Positions 28,697-37,700 of a stretch of 54,392 nt of DNA are shown here, piece after piece (positions within the stretch are counted from its first letter, which is position 1; each line of letters starts with the position of its first letter). The translations under genes and the position numbers were made by a program. This stretch comes from Deltaproteobacteria bacterium (lineage in GTDB: Bacteria > Desulfobacterota > Deferrisomatia > Deferrisomatales > JACRMM01). The notes under the pieces were generated by a model. That model was not told where the DNA came from. It ran no database searches and worked only from the letters and a program-made list of their open reading frames with translations. The stretch lies in the NCBI GenBank assembly GCA_037446775.1, contig JBBIIA010000010.1, forward strand, positions 1-54,392, read 5' to 3'.

Positions 28697-28723
28697 TTTG
28701 CACTCGCCGCGGTGAATTTGCAA
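28695..28723 (-). promoter_or_regulatory. Possible sigma70-type promoter (TTGCAA-17 nt-CAAAAT) directly upstream of the ATPase gene, implying a near-leaderless mRNA
   Basis: Minus-strand read: TTGCAAattcaccgcggcgagtgCAAAATGCAAGGCATG. It is an AT-rich patch in a GC-rich genome. Based on hexamer matches only. Confidence 0.3.
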
Positions 28724-28824
28724 GGTATGCGCGCGCCGGCCAAGTACCCCGCCGAGGGGACCCACGGCCGCCTGAGGCGGTGCCTCGCCAGGGGCAGGAG
28801 GCGGGTAAGCCGGGGGCGGTACGC

Positions 28825-29319
28825 CTACCCCGCCGCCTTGCTCCGCTGAGCCGCGAGCATGGCGATGTGGCGGAGCTCTTCGTCGATCAGGGCGTCGACG
28901 CTGCCGCAGGCTTCGCAGGGGGGCATCAGCTGCTTCATGGCGGTGTAGTAGACCACCGAGTCCTTCTCGAACTGGATGGCGAGGTCGAGAAGGGCCTTGG
29001 GGGTCTGGCACTTCGCCACCAGGGCGGGGATGTCGGTGCCCTTGCGGAAGACGTGGTCGTCGGCCGCCGCCCGCAGGTAGGCGCGCTCCTCGTCGGCGGG
29101 GTCGAAGGCGCCGTCCGCCCGAGCCTCGGGGGGGAGCTCCCGGCGGAGCTTCTCGAAGACCTCCACGTGCCTGGTCTCCCACGCCGCGAGCCCCTCGCAC
29201 AGCTTCTTCACCGCGGGGTCGCCCGTGGCCGCGGCGGCAGCCTGGTAGAAGGCCTGGCCGTTCTTCTCGATCTCGACCCCCACTTGGTACACCTCGTCGA
29301 CGTTCATGTAGTAGGACAT
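28825..29319 (-). CDS. Ferritin-like / rubrerythrin-family diiron protein
   Basis: 164 aa from MSYYMNVDEV (ATG 29319, preceded by AGGAGG). Has paired E...ExxH-type helices (EIEKNGQAFY...WETRHVEVF; QFEKDSVVYY...EELRHIAML). Confidence 0.75.
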   Translation of the reverse strand: MSYYMNVDEVYQVGVEIEKNGQAFYQAAAAATGDPAVKKLCEGLAAWETRHVEVFEKLRRELPPEARADGAFDPADEERAYLRAAADDHVFRKGTDIPALVAKCQTPKALLDLAIQFEKDSVVYYTAMKQLMPPCEACGSVDALIDEELRHIAMLAAQRSKAAG

Positions 29320-29428
29320 GGGGTCCTCCTGGAAGGGCGCGGGGGGAGTGGGACGGGATGGGACCAATGGGACCGGATAGGACGGAGAAGAACCGCCTTC
29401 GGCCGGGCGGCAGGCCTACCCTTCAGGC

Positions 29429-29467
29429 CATCGAGCATCGCGCATCCAGCATCGAGCATCCAGCCAG
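29429..29467. repeat. Tandem heptanucleotide array (CATCGAG CATCGCG CATCCAG CATCGAG CATCCAG ...)
   Basis: Read directly. Five clean units of period 7, starting 10 nt downstream (minus-strand sense) of the stop of gene 29477..30343. Confidence 0.85.
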
Positions 29468-29476
29468 CCCCCCCGG

Positions 29477-30343
29477 TCAGTACTCCGGCGTCAGCGCATC
29501 GAGCTCCGCGAAGGTGAACACCGGGCCGTCTTTGCATACGTACTTGTGGCCTACGTTGCAGCGGCCGCACTTGCCGATGCCGCACTTCATCCGCATCTCC
29601 AGCGAGGTGACGATGTTCTCCTTCGAGAACCCGAGCTCGAAAAAGACCGGCAGGGTGAAGCGGATCATGATGGGCGGGCCGCACAGGACGCAGACGGCGT
29701 TTTCGGCGCTGGGGGCGACCTCCTTGCACACCGTGGGCACGAAGCCCTCCCGGCCGGTCCAGGTGGCGTCGCCCTTGTCCACGGTGACGTGGAGATCGAG
29801 GTCGTCCCGCTCGGCCCACGCCTTCAGCTCGTCCTTGTACAGCAGAAGCCCCGGGTTGCGGGCGCCGTACACCACCGTGATCTTGCCGAACCGGCCCCGG
29901 TTCTCGGGGACGATCATGTAGTTCAGTAGCGACCGCAGGGTGGTGAAGGCGAAGCCGCCCCCCACGATGACGACGTTCTTGCCCTCCAGAAACGCCAGGG
30001 GCCAGGCGTTGCCGAGCGGCCCGCGGATGCCCATCCGCTGGCCCTCCTGCATCTCGTGGAGCGCGGTCGTCACCACCCCGGCCTTCTGGACGGTGAACTC
30101 CACGTACCCCGGCTGGGTGGGGGAGGAAGCGATGCCGATGGGCGACTCCCCCTTGCCGAAGATCGACAGCTCGCCAAACTGCCCCGGGGTGTACCGGAAC
30201 CGCTGCTCGTCCTCGGGGTTCACGAAGGTGAACCGGAAGGTCTTGATGTCCTTGGTGTCCACCTCGGTGATGATCTTGGCGATCTCCACCGGAATGGGCA
30301 AATACGGGTTGTCCCGCTCAGCGCACGCACAGGCCATCGGCAT
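29477..30343 (-). CDS. FAD/NAD(P)H-binding oxidoreductase subunit with C-terminal [2Fe-2S] site (AsrB / HydG / FlxA-like)
   Basis: 288 aa. FNR-like fold motifs (RYTPGQF, GIASSP, VIVGGGFAF, LCGPPIM) and a C-terminal CGIGKCGRCNVG cluster motif. Confidence 0.85.
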   Translation of the reverse strand: MPMACACAERDNPYLPIPVEIAKIITEVDTKDIKTFRFTFVNPEDEQRFRYTPGQFGELSIFGKGESPIGIASSPTQPGYVEFTVQKAGVVTTALHEMQEGQRMGIRGPLGNAWPLAFLEGKNVVIVGGGFAFTTLRSLLNYMIVPENRGRFGKITVVYGARNPGLLLYKDELKAWAERDDLDLHVTVDKGDATWTGREGFVPTVCKEVAPSAENAVCVLCGPPIMIRFTLPVFFELGFSKENIVTSLEMRMKCGIGKCGRCNVGHKYVCKDGPVFTFAELDALTPEY

Positions 30344-30380
30344 CCTCTACTGACTTTCCTGACAGAATCGGTCCGCGTAA

Positions 30381-30516
30381 GGGGTTTTTTGACAGGATAA
30401 CAGGATAAAAGCAGGATAAATCGGATAAAGTCTTTTGTTTGAGGGCGGCGACACTGGTAGCAGCTACATCAGCCCCACCATCCTGAACATCCTGTTATCC
30501 TGTCAAAACCCCCCCG
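30381..30516. repeat. Intergenic inverted-repeat element, copy 3 (arms only: GGGGTTTTTTGACAGGATAACAGGAT ... ATCCTGTTATCCTGTCAAAACCCCC)
   Basis: Near-perfect, roughly 25-nt terminal inverted repeats around a core of about 85 nt that is AT-richer than its surroundings. The arms are themselves made of CAGGATAA-type direct sub-repeats. Lies between two genes of the hdr/flx cluster. Confidence 0.9.
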
Positions 30517-31542
30517 TCAAATCTTAGACACGTCCTGGACGATCTTTCGGATGTCCAGGTTTACTGGGCAGTTCAAGACGCAGCGGCCGCAGCCGACGCA
30601 GCCGATCAGGTCGAAGTTCTCGGGGATGTAGCGGAACTTGTGCATCACCCGCTGGCGCCAGCGCTCTTTTTGGCTCGACCTCGGGTTGTGGCCCGAGGCC
30701 TCCTTGGTGAAGAGCGGGAACATGCAGGAGTCCCAGCTCCGCAGCCGCACCCCGTCGTCCCCCTTCACCTCGTCGCTGATGTCGAAGCAGTGGCAGGTGG
30801 GGCAGAGGTAGGTGCAGGTGCCGCACGCCAGACACTTGCCGTGGAGCCCCGCCCAGAAGGGGTGCTCGAAGTTCTTCTGGAGGATCGGCTTCACCTCGGA
30901 CGCCGGCACCTGGGAGCGGATCGCCGCCCGGGCGGCCTCGCGCACCTGCTCCTTGCGGGCCGCCGCCTCGGCGCCGGCCGCCGGGCCCTCGAAGAACGAC
31001 AGGAGCGCCGCGCCCTTCTCGGTGAGGAACTCGGCCAGGACTTCTTCCCCCAGGTCGGTGACGAGCACGTCCACCCCCTCGGGGGCCCCGGGGACCGGCT
31101 CGCCCCCCACCGAGGTGCAAAAGCACGCGGCGTAGGGGGGCTGGGGGCACGCCAGGGCGACCACGGTGGCCCGCTCCCGGTGGCCGACGTAGTAGGGGTC
31201 GCGGCAGCCCGGCTGGTCGAACACCCGGTCCAGGAGCAAGAAGCTCTGGGCGTCGCACGGCCGCACCAGGAGCACCGTCTCCGCCGGCTCGTCCCCCTCG
31301 CCAACGGCCTCCACCCCCTTGGGGGTGCGGGTGTAGCGCACCAGGGTCTCGGTGTGGGGAAAGAGGGCGTTCTTCGGGGCGTTGCGGGTGTTGGCGAAGC
31401 CGAGCAGGGGCCCCTGCGACCCGGTTACCGGCCCGAAGACCACGTTGTCCCCGTCCTTCACCGGCCCGAGCACCCGCTTGGCGGCGGCGAGGCGCCGAAG
31501 TGCGTCGCCCAGGCCATCCTTCTTGAGCAGTCGCGTTTCCAT
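30517..31542 (-). CDS. 4Fe-4S dicluster oxidoreductase subunit (AsrA / HydB / FlxB-like)
   Basis: 341 aa from METRLLKKDG (ATG 31542 after GAGGAAA). Ferredoxin motifs CLACGTCTYLCPTC and CVGCGRCVLNCP. The 62-aa extension in the track was rejected. Confidence 0.8.
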   Translation of the reverse strand: METRLLKKDGLGDALRRLAAAKRVLGPVKDGDNVVFGPVTGSQGPLLGFANTRNAPKNALFPHTETLVRYTRTPKGVEAVGEGDEPAETVLLVRPCDAQSFLLLDRVFDQPGCRDPYYVGHRERATVVALACPQPPYAACFCTSVGGEPVPGAPEGVDVLVTDLGEEVLAEFLTEKGAALLSFFEGPAAGAEAAARKEQVREAARAAIRSQVPASEVKPILQKNFEHPFWAGLHGKCLACGTCTYLCPTCHCFDISDEVKGDDGVRLRSWDSCMFPLFTKEASGHNPRSSQKERWRQRVMHKFRYIPENFDLIGCVGCGRCVLNCPVNLDIRKIVQDVSKI

Positions 31543-31565
31543 GGGTTTCCTCGCGCTCGCCGGGG

Positions 31566-32411
31566 TCACAGGAAGATGCCCACCTGGCGCAGCAGCGGCA
31601 TGGGGTCGACGTGGTGATACTTGAGCCACTTGCCGGCGTCGGGGGCGCCCATGGCGAGCCCCATCAGCTCGGAGAAGTAAAAGATCGGCATGCCGTGGGT
31701 CGCCCGCATGTCCAGGTTGGCCATGCACTCGGGGCAGGCGGTCACGATGCAGTTGGCCCCGGCCTCCCGGGCCATGGCCACCAACCGGTCCACCAGCCGC
31801 ACCACCTGCTCGGTGCGGGCCACGGTGAGCGCCCCGCCGCAGCAGTCGGTCTTAAACGACCACGGCCGGGCCTCGGCCCCCAGGGCTTCTACCAGGTGGT
31901 CCATGGACATGGGGTTCTCGGGGTCGTCGAACCGGCAGACCTCGGGAGGGCGGACCAGCAGGCACCCGTAGTAGCTCGCCACCTTGAGGCCGGCGAGCTT
32001 GCGGGTCACCTTCTCCCGGATCGCCGGGAGGCCCACCTGGTTGACGTAAAAGTCCACCGAGTTGGTGATCCCCAGGTCGGCCTTGATCCGGCCCTGGAGC
32101 TCGTTCTCGATGCGGGCCTTCAGCTCGGGGTCGGCCTCAAGGTGGTGCTCGGCGGCCTTGAAGCGGTTGAAGCAGGCGGCGCACGGCACCATCACCTCCA
32201 GGCCCCGCTTCTGGGCGGCCATCAGGTTGCGGGCCGGCAGCACCACCCCCAGCTCGAAGTTGGTGGCGTGGCCCGAGGTGGCGCCGCAGCAGGTCCAGCC
32301 GTCCACCTCCACCAGGTTCACCCCCAGGGTCTTGGAGACCGACTGGATGGACTGGTCGTAGCCCTTGGCCGTGCCGTGCATGCAGCAGCCGGGATAGTAC
32401 GAGACGTTCAA
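31566..32411 (-). CDS. hdrB: Heterodisulfide reductase subunit B-like (two CCG domains)
   Basis: YYPGCCMHG...WTCCGATSG and YYGCLLVRP...DCCGGAL CCG-domain signatures. The TTG start overlaps the hdrC stop (TTGA). Confidence 0.88.
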   Translation of the reverse strand: MNVSYYPGCCMHGTAKGYDQSIQSVSKTLGVNLVEVDGWTCCGATSGHATNFELGVVLPARNLMAAQKRGLEVMVPCAACFNRFKAAEHHLEADPELKARIENELQGRIKADLGITNSVDFYVNQVGLPAIREKVTRKLAGLKVASYYGCLLVRPPEVCRFDDPENPMSMDHLVEALGAEARPWSFKTDCCGGALTVARTEQVVRLVDRLVAMAREAGANCIVTACPECMANLDMRATHGMPIFYFSELMGLAMGAPDAGKWLKYHHVDPMPLLRQVGIFL

Positions 32412-32965
32412 CGCGACTCTCCTTTACCGGGGGCGCCGCGGCCCTTGCGGGGGCGGTCGAAGATCTTGCGCACCTCTTGCTTGCCCTCGACCTTGGGGCC
32501 GAGGATCGGCAGCCGGCCCTTGGCGAACATCGAGAGGCCGATGCCCACGTCGGCGAAGAGGTCGCCGCTCTTCATCTTGTAGGCGCACACCATGAGGGCC
32601 TCGTGGATCCGGCCGTTCTTCTTGATGCTGTCGAGGAAGGCCTCGTGGAACGCGACGACCTTCTTCTCCGCCACCCGAACGCCGCTCTCCAGGGCCATCT
32701 GCCGCAGCACGTCCATCATGCGGGCGATGTCCACCTCGTTGGGGCAGCGCATGGTGCAGGTCTCGCAAGAGACGCACAGCCAAATGGTGGAGCTCCCCAG
32801 CACCTGCGGGCGCTGGTTTTGCTGCACCATCCGCACCACGGCGTTGGGCTTGTAGTCCATGGCGACCGCCATGGGGCACCCGGCGGTGCATTTGCGGCAG
32901 TGGAAGCACCGCTGGAGCGGCGCGCCCTTCACCTGGGCGTTCACGTCTTCGAGAAAGGTGGCCAT
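32408..32965 (-). CDS. hdrC: Heterodisulfide reductase subunit C-like
   Basis: 185 aa. CFHCRKCTAGCP and CVSCETCTMRCP 4Fe-4S motifs with the typical HdrC helical tail. Confidence 0.88.
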   Translation of the reverse strand: MATFLEDVNAQVKGAPLQRCFHCRKCTAGCPMAVAMDYKPNAVVRMVQQNQRPQVLGSSTIWLCVSCETCTMRCPNEVDIARMMDVLRQMALESGVRVAEKKVVAFHEAFLDSIKKNGRIHEALMVCAYKMKSGDLFADVGIGLSMFAKGRLPILGPKVEGKQEVRKIFDRPRKGRGAPGKGESR

Positions 32966-32986
32966 CGCTTGTCTCGCCCTTGATCC

Positions 32987-33994
32987 CTACGGGTTGTAAA
33001 TGAACGCCTCGGGGTCGTCTTCCTTGGCCTCGGCCAGCGCCGCCGGGTCCTCCGCCGAGAGCCCCGCCCTGCGGCCGAACAGCTCCAGCACGTCCTTGTC
33101 GAGCTTCTTGAGGAACCGCCGGAGGTCCACCCCCATGGGGCACACCGCGGTGCAGGACCCGCAGTCCACGCACCGCCCCGCCAGGTGGAAGAGCCGCATG
33201 AACTGGAACACCTGCACGTCGGAGGCGGCCTGGCCGATGCCCACCCACTGGGGCTGGCTCTGTTCGGCGAAGCACGTCCGGCAGTAGCAGGAGGGGCAGG
33301 CGTTGCGGCAGGCGTTGCACCGCATGCACTTGGCCATCTCGGCGGCAAAGCCCTGCCAGCGCGCCTCGGCGGAGAGCTTCTCCACCGCCTCCACCGGGGC
33401 GAACTCGCGGCTGGCGTCGTGGGGCGGGGCCGGTTCGCCGAGCATCACGTCGGAGAAGACCGGGTTGTTGAAGGCGCAGGAGGCGCAGCTGTCGGCCAAG
33501 AGCTCCGCCAGGGGCAGCTCCCGGTTGCCGGCGGCGGTCTCGACGGTCACCGCTCTCGCCCCAAAGGACCCGCCCTGGAGCTCCTCGCTGCCGGCGGCCT
33601 TGAGGAGTTTGCGGCGGTCCACCACCCCGGCGCAGGGGACCCCCAAGACCAGCACCTCGTCCCGGCCGTACTGGCGCTCGTTGAGGTGGATCGCCAGGGA
33701 CCGGGTGGTGCAGCCGGGGGCCACCACGGCGACCACCTTCTTCTTGCGGTCCTCGGGCTTGAGGCGCTTCTGGCTGTCCCGGTGGGCCATCACCTGGTCG
33801 TGGACGTACTTGGCCAGGTTCTGGCCGCAGCCCGGGTTCCACACCAGGCGCGCTACGTCCTCGGCCCGGGTGAGGAAGGCCGGGGTGGCGGTCAGGGGCA
33901 GGGTGCCGTCCTCGAACCCGACCACCACCTGGGCCCGGCCCTCGGCCAAGGCCCGGGCCGCTTCTTCTCGCATCTTCGTCACGATCTTGTCCAC
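32987..33994 (-). CDS. Fe-S oxidoreductase subunit, two [4Fe-4S] motifs (FlxC-like / Hdr-associated)
   Basis: 335 aa. CMRCNACRNACPSC and CVDCGSCTAVCP. GTG start 33994 follows AAGAGG. The N-terminal domain could not be assigned by eye. Confidence 0.7.
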   Translation of the reverse strand: MDKIVTKMREEAARALAEGRAQVVVGFEDGTLPLTATPAFLTRAEDVARLVWNPGCGQNLAKYVHDQVMAHRDSQKRLKPEDRKKKVVAVVAPGCTTRSLAIHLNERQYGRDEVLVLGVPCAGVVDRRKLLKAAGSEELQGGSFGARAVTVETAAGNRELPLAELLADSCASCAFNNPVFSDVMLGEPAPPHDASREFAPVEAVEKLSAEARWQGFAAEMAKCMRCNACRNACPSCYCRTCFAEQSQPQWVGIGQAASDVQVFQFMRLFHLAGRCVDCGSCTAVCPMGVDLRRFLKKLDKDVLELFGRRAGLSAEDPAALAEAKEDDPEAFIYNP

Positions 33995-34026
33995 GACTCA
34001 AACCTCTTGGCACTACAGCGGCTGGT

Positions 34027-34182
34027 GGGGGGAAACCCCACGGGATCCGCAGATTACGCAGATTACGCAGATGAAACCGGATGCGTATGGGGTCGGTGGT
34101 TCCAATCCCATGGTCACCCTTGAACAGCAGTGCATTCGGCGTGTCGTCCCGCCCGGAAGAAATCTGCGAAAATCTGCGGACC
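34027..34182. repeat. Intergenic element with inverted tandem 9-10-mers (CGCAGATTA x3 at 34048..34074; AATCTGCG x2 at 34161..34178)
   Basis: Read directly. Same architecture (direct sub-repeats forming inverted arms around a core of about 85 nt) as the element at 30381..30516, but a different sequence. Fills the mvhD / Fe-S gene spacer. Confidence 0.8.
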
Positions 34183-34194
34183 CGTCGCCCTAGT

Positions 34195-34659
34195 TCACAC
34201 GATCGCGGTAACCGGCTCGTCCAGGCGCTTCACCAGGCGGGTGGCGGGCCCGAGCTTTCGCACCTTGTCGGTGACGCCCTTCACCACCTGGGCGAAGCGG
34301 TCGCCCTCGGAGGCCGACACCCAGGTAAACGACGTCCGGTCGGCCTCGACCCCCACGTAGTCGAGAAAGCCCTTCAATAGGGCGAACTTCCGCCGGGCCG
34401 ACAGGTTCCCGGTGAGATAGTGGCACTCCCCGGGGTGGCAGCCCGAGATGAGCACCCCGTCGGCCCCCTCCTGGAGCGCCTTGACCACGTAAAACGGGTT
34501 GATCCGCCCGGTGCACGGCACCCGGACGATCCGCACGTTGGGCGGGTACTGGATGCGGCTGATCCCGGCGAGGTCCGCCCCGGCGTAGGTGCACCAGGTG
34601 CACACGATGGCGAGGATCTTGGGCTCCCAGGGTTCGGTCTTCGCGGCTGGTTCGGCCAT
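34195..34659 (-). CDS. mvhD: MvhD/FlxD-like [2Fe-2S] electron-transfer subunit (methyl-viologen-reducing hydrogenase delta-subunit family)
   Basis: KILAIVCTWCTYAGADLAG...RVPCTGRINP...ISGCHPGECHY signature. Start taken at MAEPAAK (ATG 34659, GAGG 10 nt upstream). The track ORF begins 24 nt earlier. Confidence 0.88.
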   Translation of the reverse strand: MAEPAAKTEPWEPKILAIVCTWCTYAGADLAGISRIQYPPNVRIVRVPCTGRINPFYVVKALQEGADGVLISGCHPGECHYLTGNLSARRKFALLKGFLDYVGVEADRTSFTWVSASEGDRFAQVVKGVTDKVRKLGPATRLVKRLDEPVTAIV

Positions 34660-34718
34660 GTTCGATATACCTCGATGGTGCATGCTCGATGCTCGATCCG
34701 GGAAGCGAGCCCCCCGTT

Positions 34719-34788
34719 CCCTACGCCCTACTCCCTACACCCTACTCACTACTCGCCATTCGCCATTCACCATTCACCATTCCCTACA
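34719..34788. repeat. Tandem heptanucleotide array of 10 units (CCCTACG CCCTACT CCCTACA CCCTACT CACTACT CGCCATT x2 CACCATT x2 CCCTACA)
   Basis: Read directly, exact period 7. The last unit contains the TAG stop (34784..34786) of the HdrL-like gene. A TGCTCGA x2 doublet lies at 34684..34697. Confidence 0.9.
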
Positions 34789-37700
34789 TCGCCCCAATCT
34801 GCGCCAGGATCTCCTCGTTATTAAACCCGTTGAGGTCCACGGCGTTCATGCGGCAGGAGGAGGTGCAGACCCCGCAGCCCTTGCACAGCACGGTGTTGAC
34901 CACTGCGGCGAGCTCCTTGGGGTCGACGGCGATGGCGCTGTAGGGGCAGTTGATCTCGCACAGCCCGCACGCCATGCACCGCTCCTTAATCACGTACGCG
35001 GTCTTGCCCTCGGCTTCGATGTAGGGCTGGGTGAGGACCGTGGCGGCCCGCGAGACGGCGGCGTTGGCCTGGGTGACACTCTCGTCGCTCATCTTCGGCG
35101 AGTGGGCGAGGCCGCAGACGAAGACCCCGTCGGTGGCAAAATCCACCGGCCGCAGCTTCACGTGGGCCTCCAGGAAGAAGCCGTCCTGGTTGGTGGGCAC
35201 CTTGAGCATCTTGCCGATGTCGGCGTTTTCCGGGTTGGGGGCCACCCCCACGCTCAGTACCACCAGGTCGGCCCCCAGGTGCACCGGCTGGTTTAGGACC
35301 GGGTCGAAGGCCCGCACCGCCACCCCACCCCCCTGGGCAAAGACCTCGGGGCGGCGCTCCTCGTCGTAGCGCACGAACTGGATGCCGAGCTCCCGGGCCT
35401 CCCGGTAGAAGTCCTCCTTGAGGCCGTAGGTCCGCACGTCCCGGTACAGGATGGTGATCTCCCGAGCCGGGTCCGCCTTCTTCAGCCGCAGCGCGTTTTT
35501 AATCGCCTCGCTGCAGCAGTAGCGGCTGCAGTAGGGGTGCTCGGCGGTGCGGGAGCCCACGCACTGGATCATCACCACCCGCTTGATCGCCCCCAGGCGC
35601 GGGTCGTCCTCCCCCAGGGCGCCCTCGAGCTCCCGCTGGGTGACCACCCGCTCGGAGTGGCCGTACAGGTAGTCGGTGACCTCCATCTCCTGGCCGCCGG
35701 CGGCCACGATCACCACCCCGTGGTCGAACTGCCGCTCCCCCTCGGGGGTGGCGACGGTGGTCTGGTAGTTGCCGATGAAGCCGTCGATCTTGTCGGCCCG
35801 GGACCCGGTGTAGACGGTGATCCGGGGGTTCTTGGCCACCTGGTCCAAGAGCTTTCGCAGGTGCTTCTGGGTGTCGAAGCCCTCCAGGGTGAAGTGGAGG
35901 TGGCGGTAGTTGCCCCCGAGCTCGGGCTCCTTTTCGACGATGCAGGAGTCAAAGCCCTGGTCGGCGAGCGTCAGGGCCGCGGTGATGCCCGCGAGGCCGC
36001 CCCCGAGGATCAGGGCCGCCGGGGTCACCGGGAGCTGGCCGGGCTTCAAGGGCTTTAAGTACGCGGACTTGGCCACCGCCATCCGCACCAGGTCCTTGGC
36101 CTTGACGGTGGCCGCCTCGGGCTCGTGCATGTGCACCCAGGAGCCCTGGTCCCGGATGTTGGCCATCTCGAAGAGGTAGGGGTTGAGGCCCGCCTTCTCC
36201 AGGTTCTCCTGAAACAGGCCCTCGTGGGTGCGGGGCGAGCAGGAGGCGACCACCACCCGGGTGAGGTCGTGGTCCCGGATCGCCTCGGCCATCTTCACCG
36301 CCGAGTCCTGGGAGCAGGTGAAGAGGTTGTCGCAGACGAAGGAGACGTTGGGCAGGCCCTTGGCGTACTCGGCCACCCCGGGGACGTCGATCACGCCGCC
36401 GATGTTGATGCCGCAGTGGCAGACGAAGACCCCGACCCGGGGGCCAGTGCCCTGGAGGTCCTTCTCGGCGGGGAGCTCCTCCTCCGCCACCAGGGTGCCC
36501 CGCTGGCTCGCCAAGAGGCCCTGGACGCACGCCGCGGCGCCGCTCGCCTCCATGACCGTCTCGGGGATGTCCTTGGGGCCGCCAAAGGCGCCGCAGACGT
36601 AGACCCCGGGGCGGGAGGTGGCCGCCGGGTTTTCGAGCGAGGTCTGGCAAAAGCCGCTGGGGGTCAGCTCGATCCCCAGGGCCCGGGCGAGCTCGGGGGC
36701 CTCCGCCGGGGGGGTGAGGCCCACCGACAGGACCACCATCTCGAACTCCTCCTCCACCGAGGTGCCGTCCTCCTGGACGTAGGTGAGCAAGAGGTTCTTC
36801 GAGCGCTGGAGCTCCTTGACCGTGGAGGGGATCGACCGGATGTAGCGGATGCCGTAATCCTTCTTCGCCCGCTCCACGAAGCGGTCGAAGTCCTTGCCGT
36901 GGGCGCGGATGTCCATGAAGAAGATGGTCGGCTCCAGGGCCTTGGCGTGCTCCTTGCCGATGATCGCCTCCTTGGTGGCGTACATGCAGCACACCGAGGA
37001 GCACCAGGTGTTGCCGCAGCGCACGTCCCGGGAGCCGACGCACTGCAAGAAGGCGATCTTCTTCGGCTCCTTGCCGTCGGAGATCCGCTGGACGTGGCCG
37101 AAGTAGGGCCCCGAGGCCGAGAGGATCCGCTCGAACTGGACGCTCGTCACCACGTTGGGGTAGACCCCGAAGCCGTACTCCCCAAGCGCCGCCGGGTCGA
37201 AGGCCGTAAAGCCGGGGGCGGCGATCACCGCCCCCACCTGGAGCTCGACGGTCCGGGGCGCGTCGTCGTGGACCACCGCCCGGGCGATGCACGCCTCGAC
37301 GCACTGGTAGCACTCGGAGCACAAGCCGCAGGAGAGGCAGCGCTCGGCCTCGGCCCGGGCCTGGGCCTCGGTCATGGGCTGGATGACTTCGCGGAAGTGG
37401 GTGCGCCGCTCCGCGGGGGGCAGGTGGGGCATGTGGAGCCGGGGGGCCTTGGGGGTCGCGCTCACGTCCCCCGGGTCGGCCAGGTTCTCCTCCCAGTTCC
37501 GGGCCCGGCCTGCGGCCAGGTCTTCGCCCCGCAGGAAGCGGTCGATGGAGACCGCGGCCTCCTTGCCGGCGTTGACCGCCTTGACCACCGTGGCCGGGCC
37601 GGTCACCGCGTCGCCGCCGGCGAAGACGCCGGGCAGGCTGGTGGCAAAGGTCACCGGGTCGGCGTCGATCTGGTTCCACCGGTTGACCACCGCGCCGCTG

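Noticed and set aside
27398-29200. N-terminal extensions offered by the ORF track: 600 aa for the ATPase, 401 aa for def, 524 aa for fmt, 879 aa for topA, 402 aa for DUF116, 345 aa for moaC, 359 aa for the secreted protein, 403 aa for the AsrA-like gene, and 261 aa for the efp-like gene.
   Set aside because: The extensions are Arg/Pro/Gly-rich with no homology-like features. They overlap the upstream genes and ignore internal starts that have SD sequences or 4-nt coupling junctions and that match the family-typical N-termini.
30381-30516. Insertion sequence/transposon interpretation of the inverted-repeat elements.
   Set aside because: No transposase ORF lies inside or nearby, the size is only about 60-140 bp, and I could not identify unambiguous target-site duplications by eye. 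At most these are non-autonomous (MITE/REP-like) elements, and they are reported as repeats.
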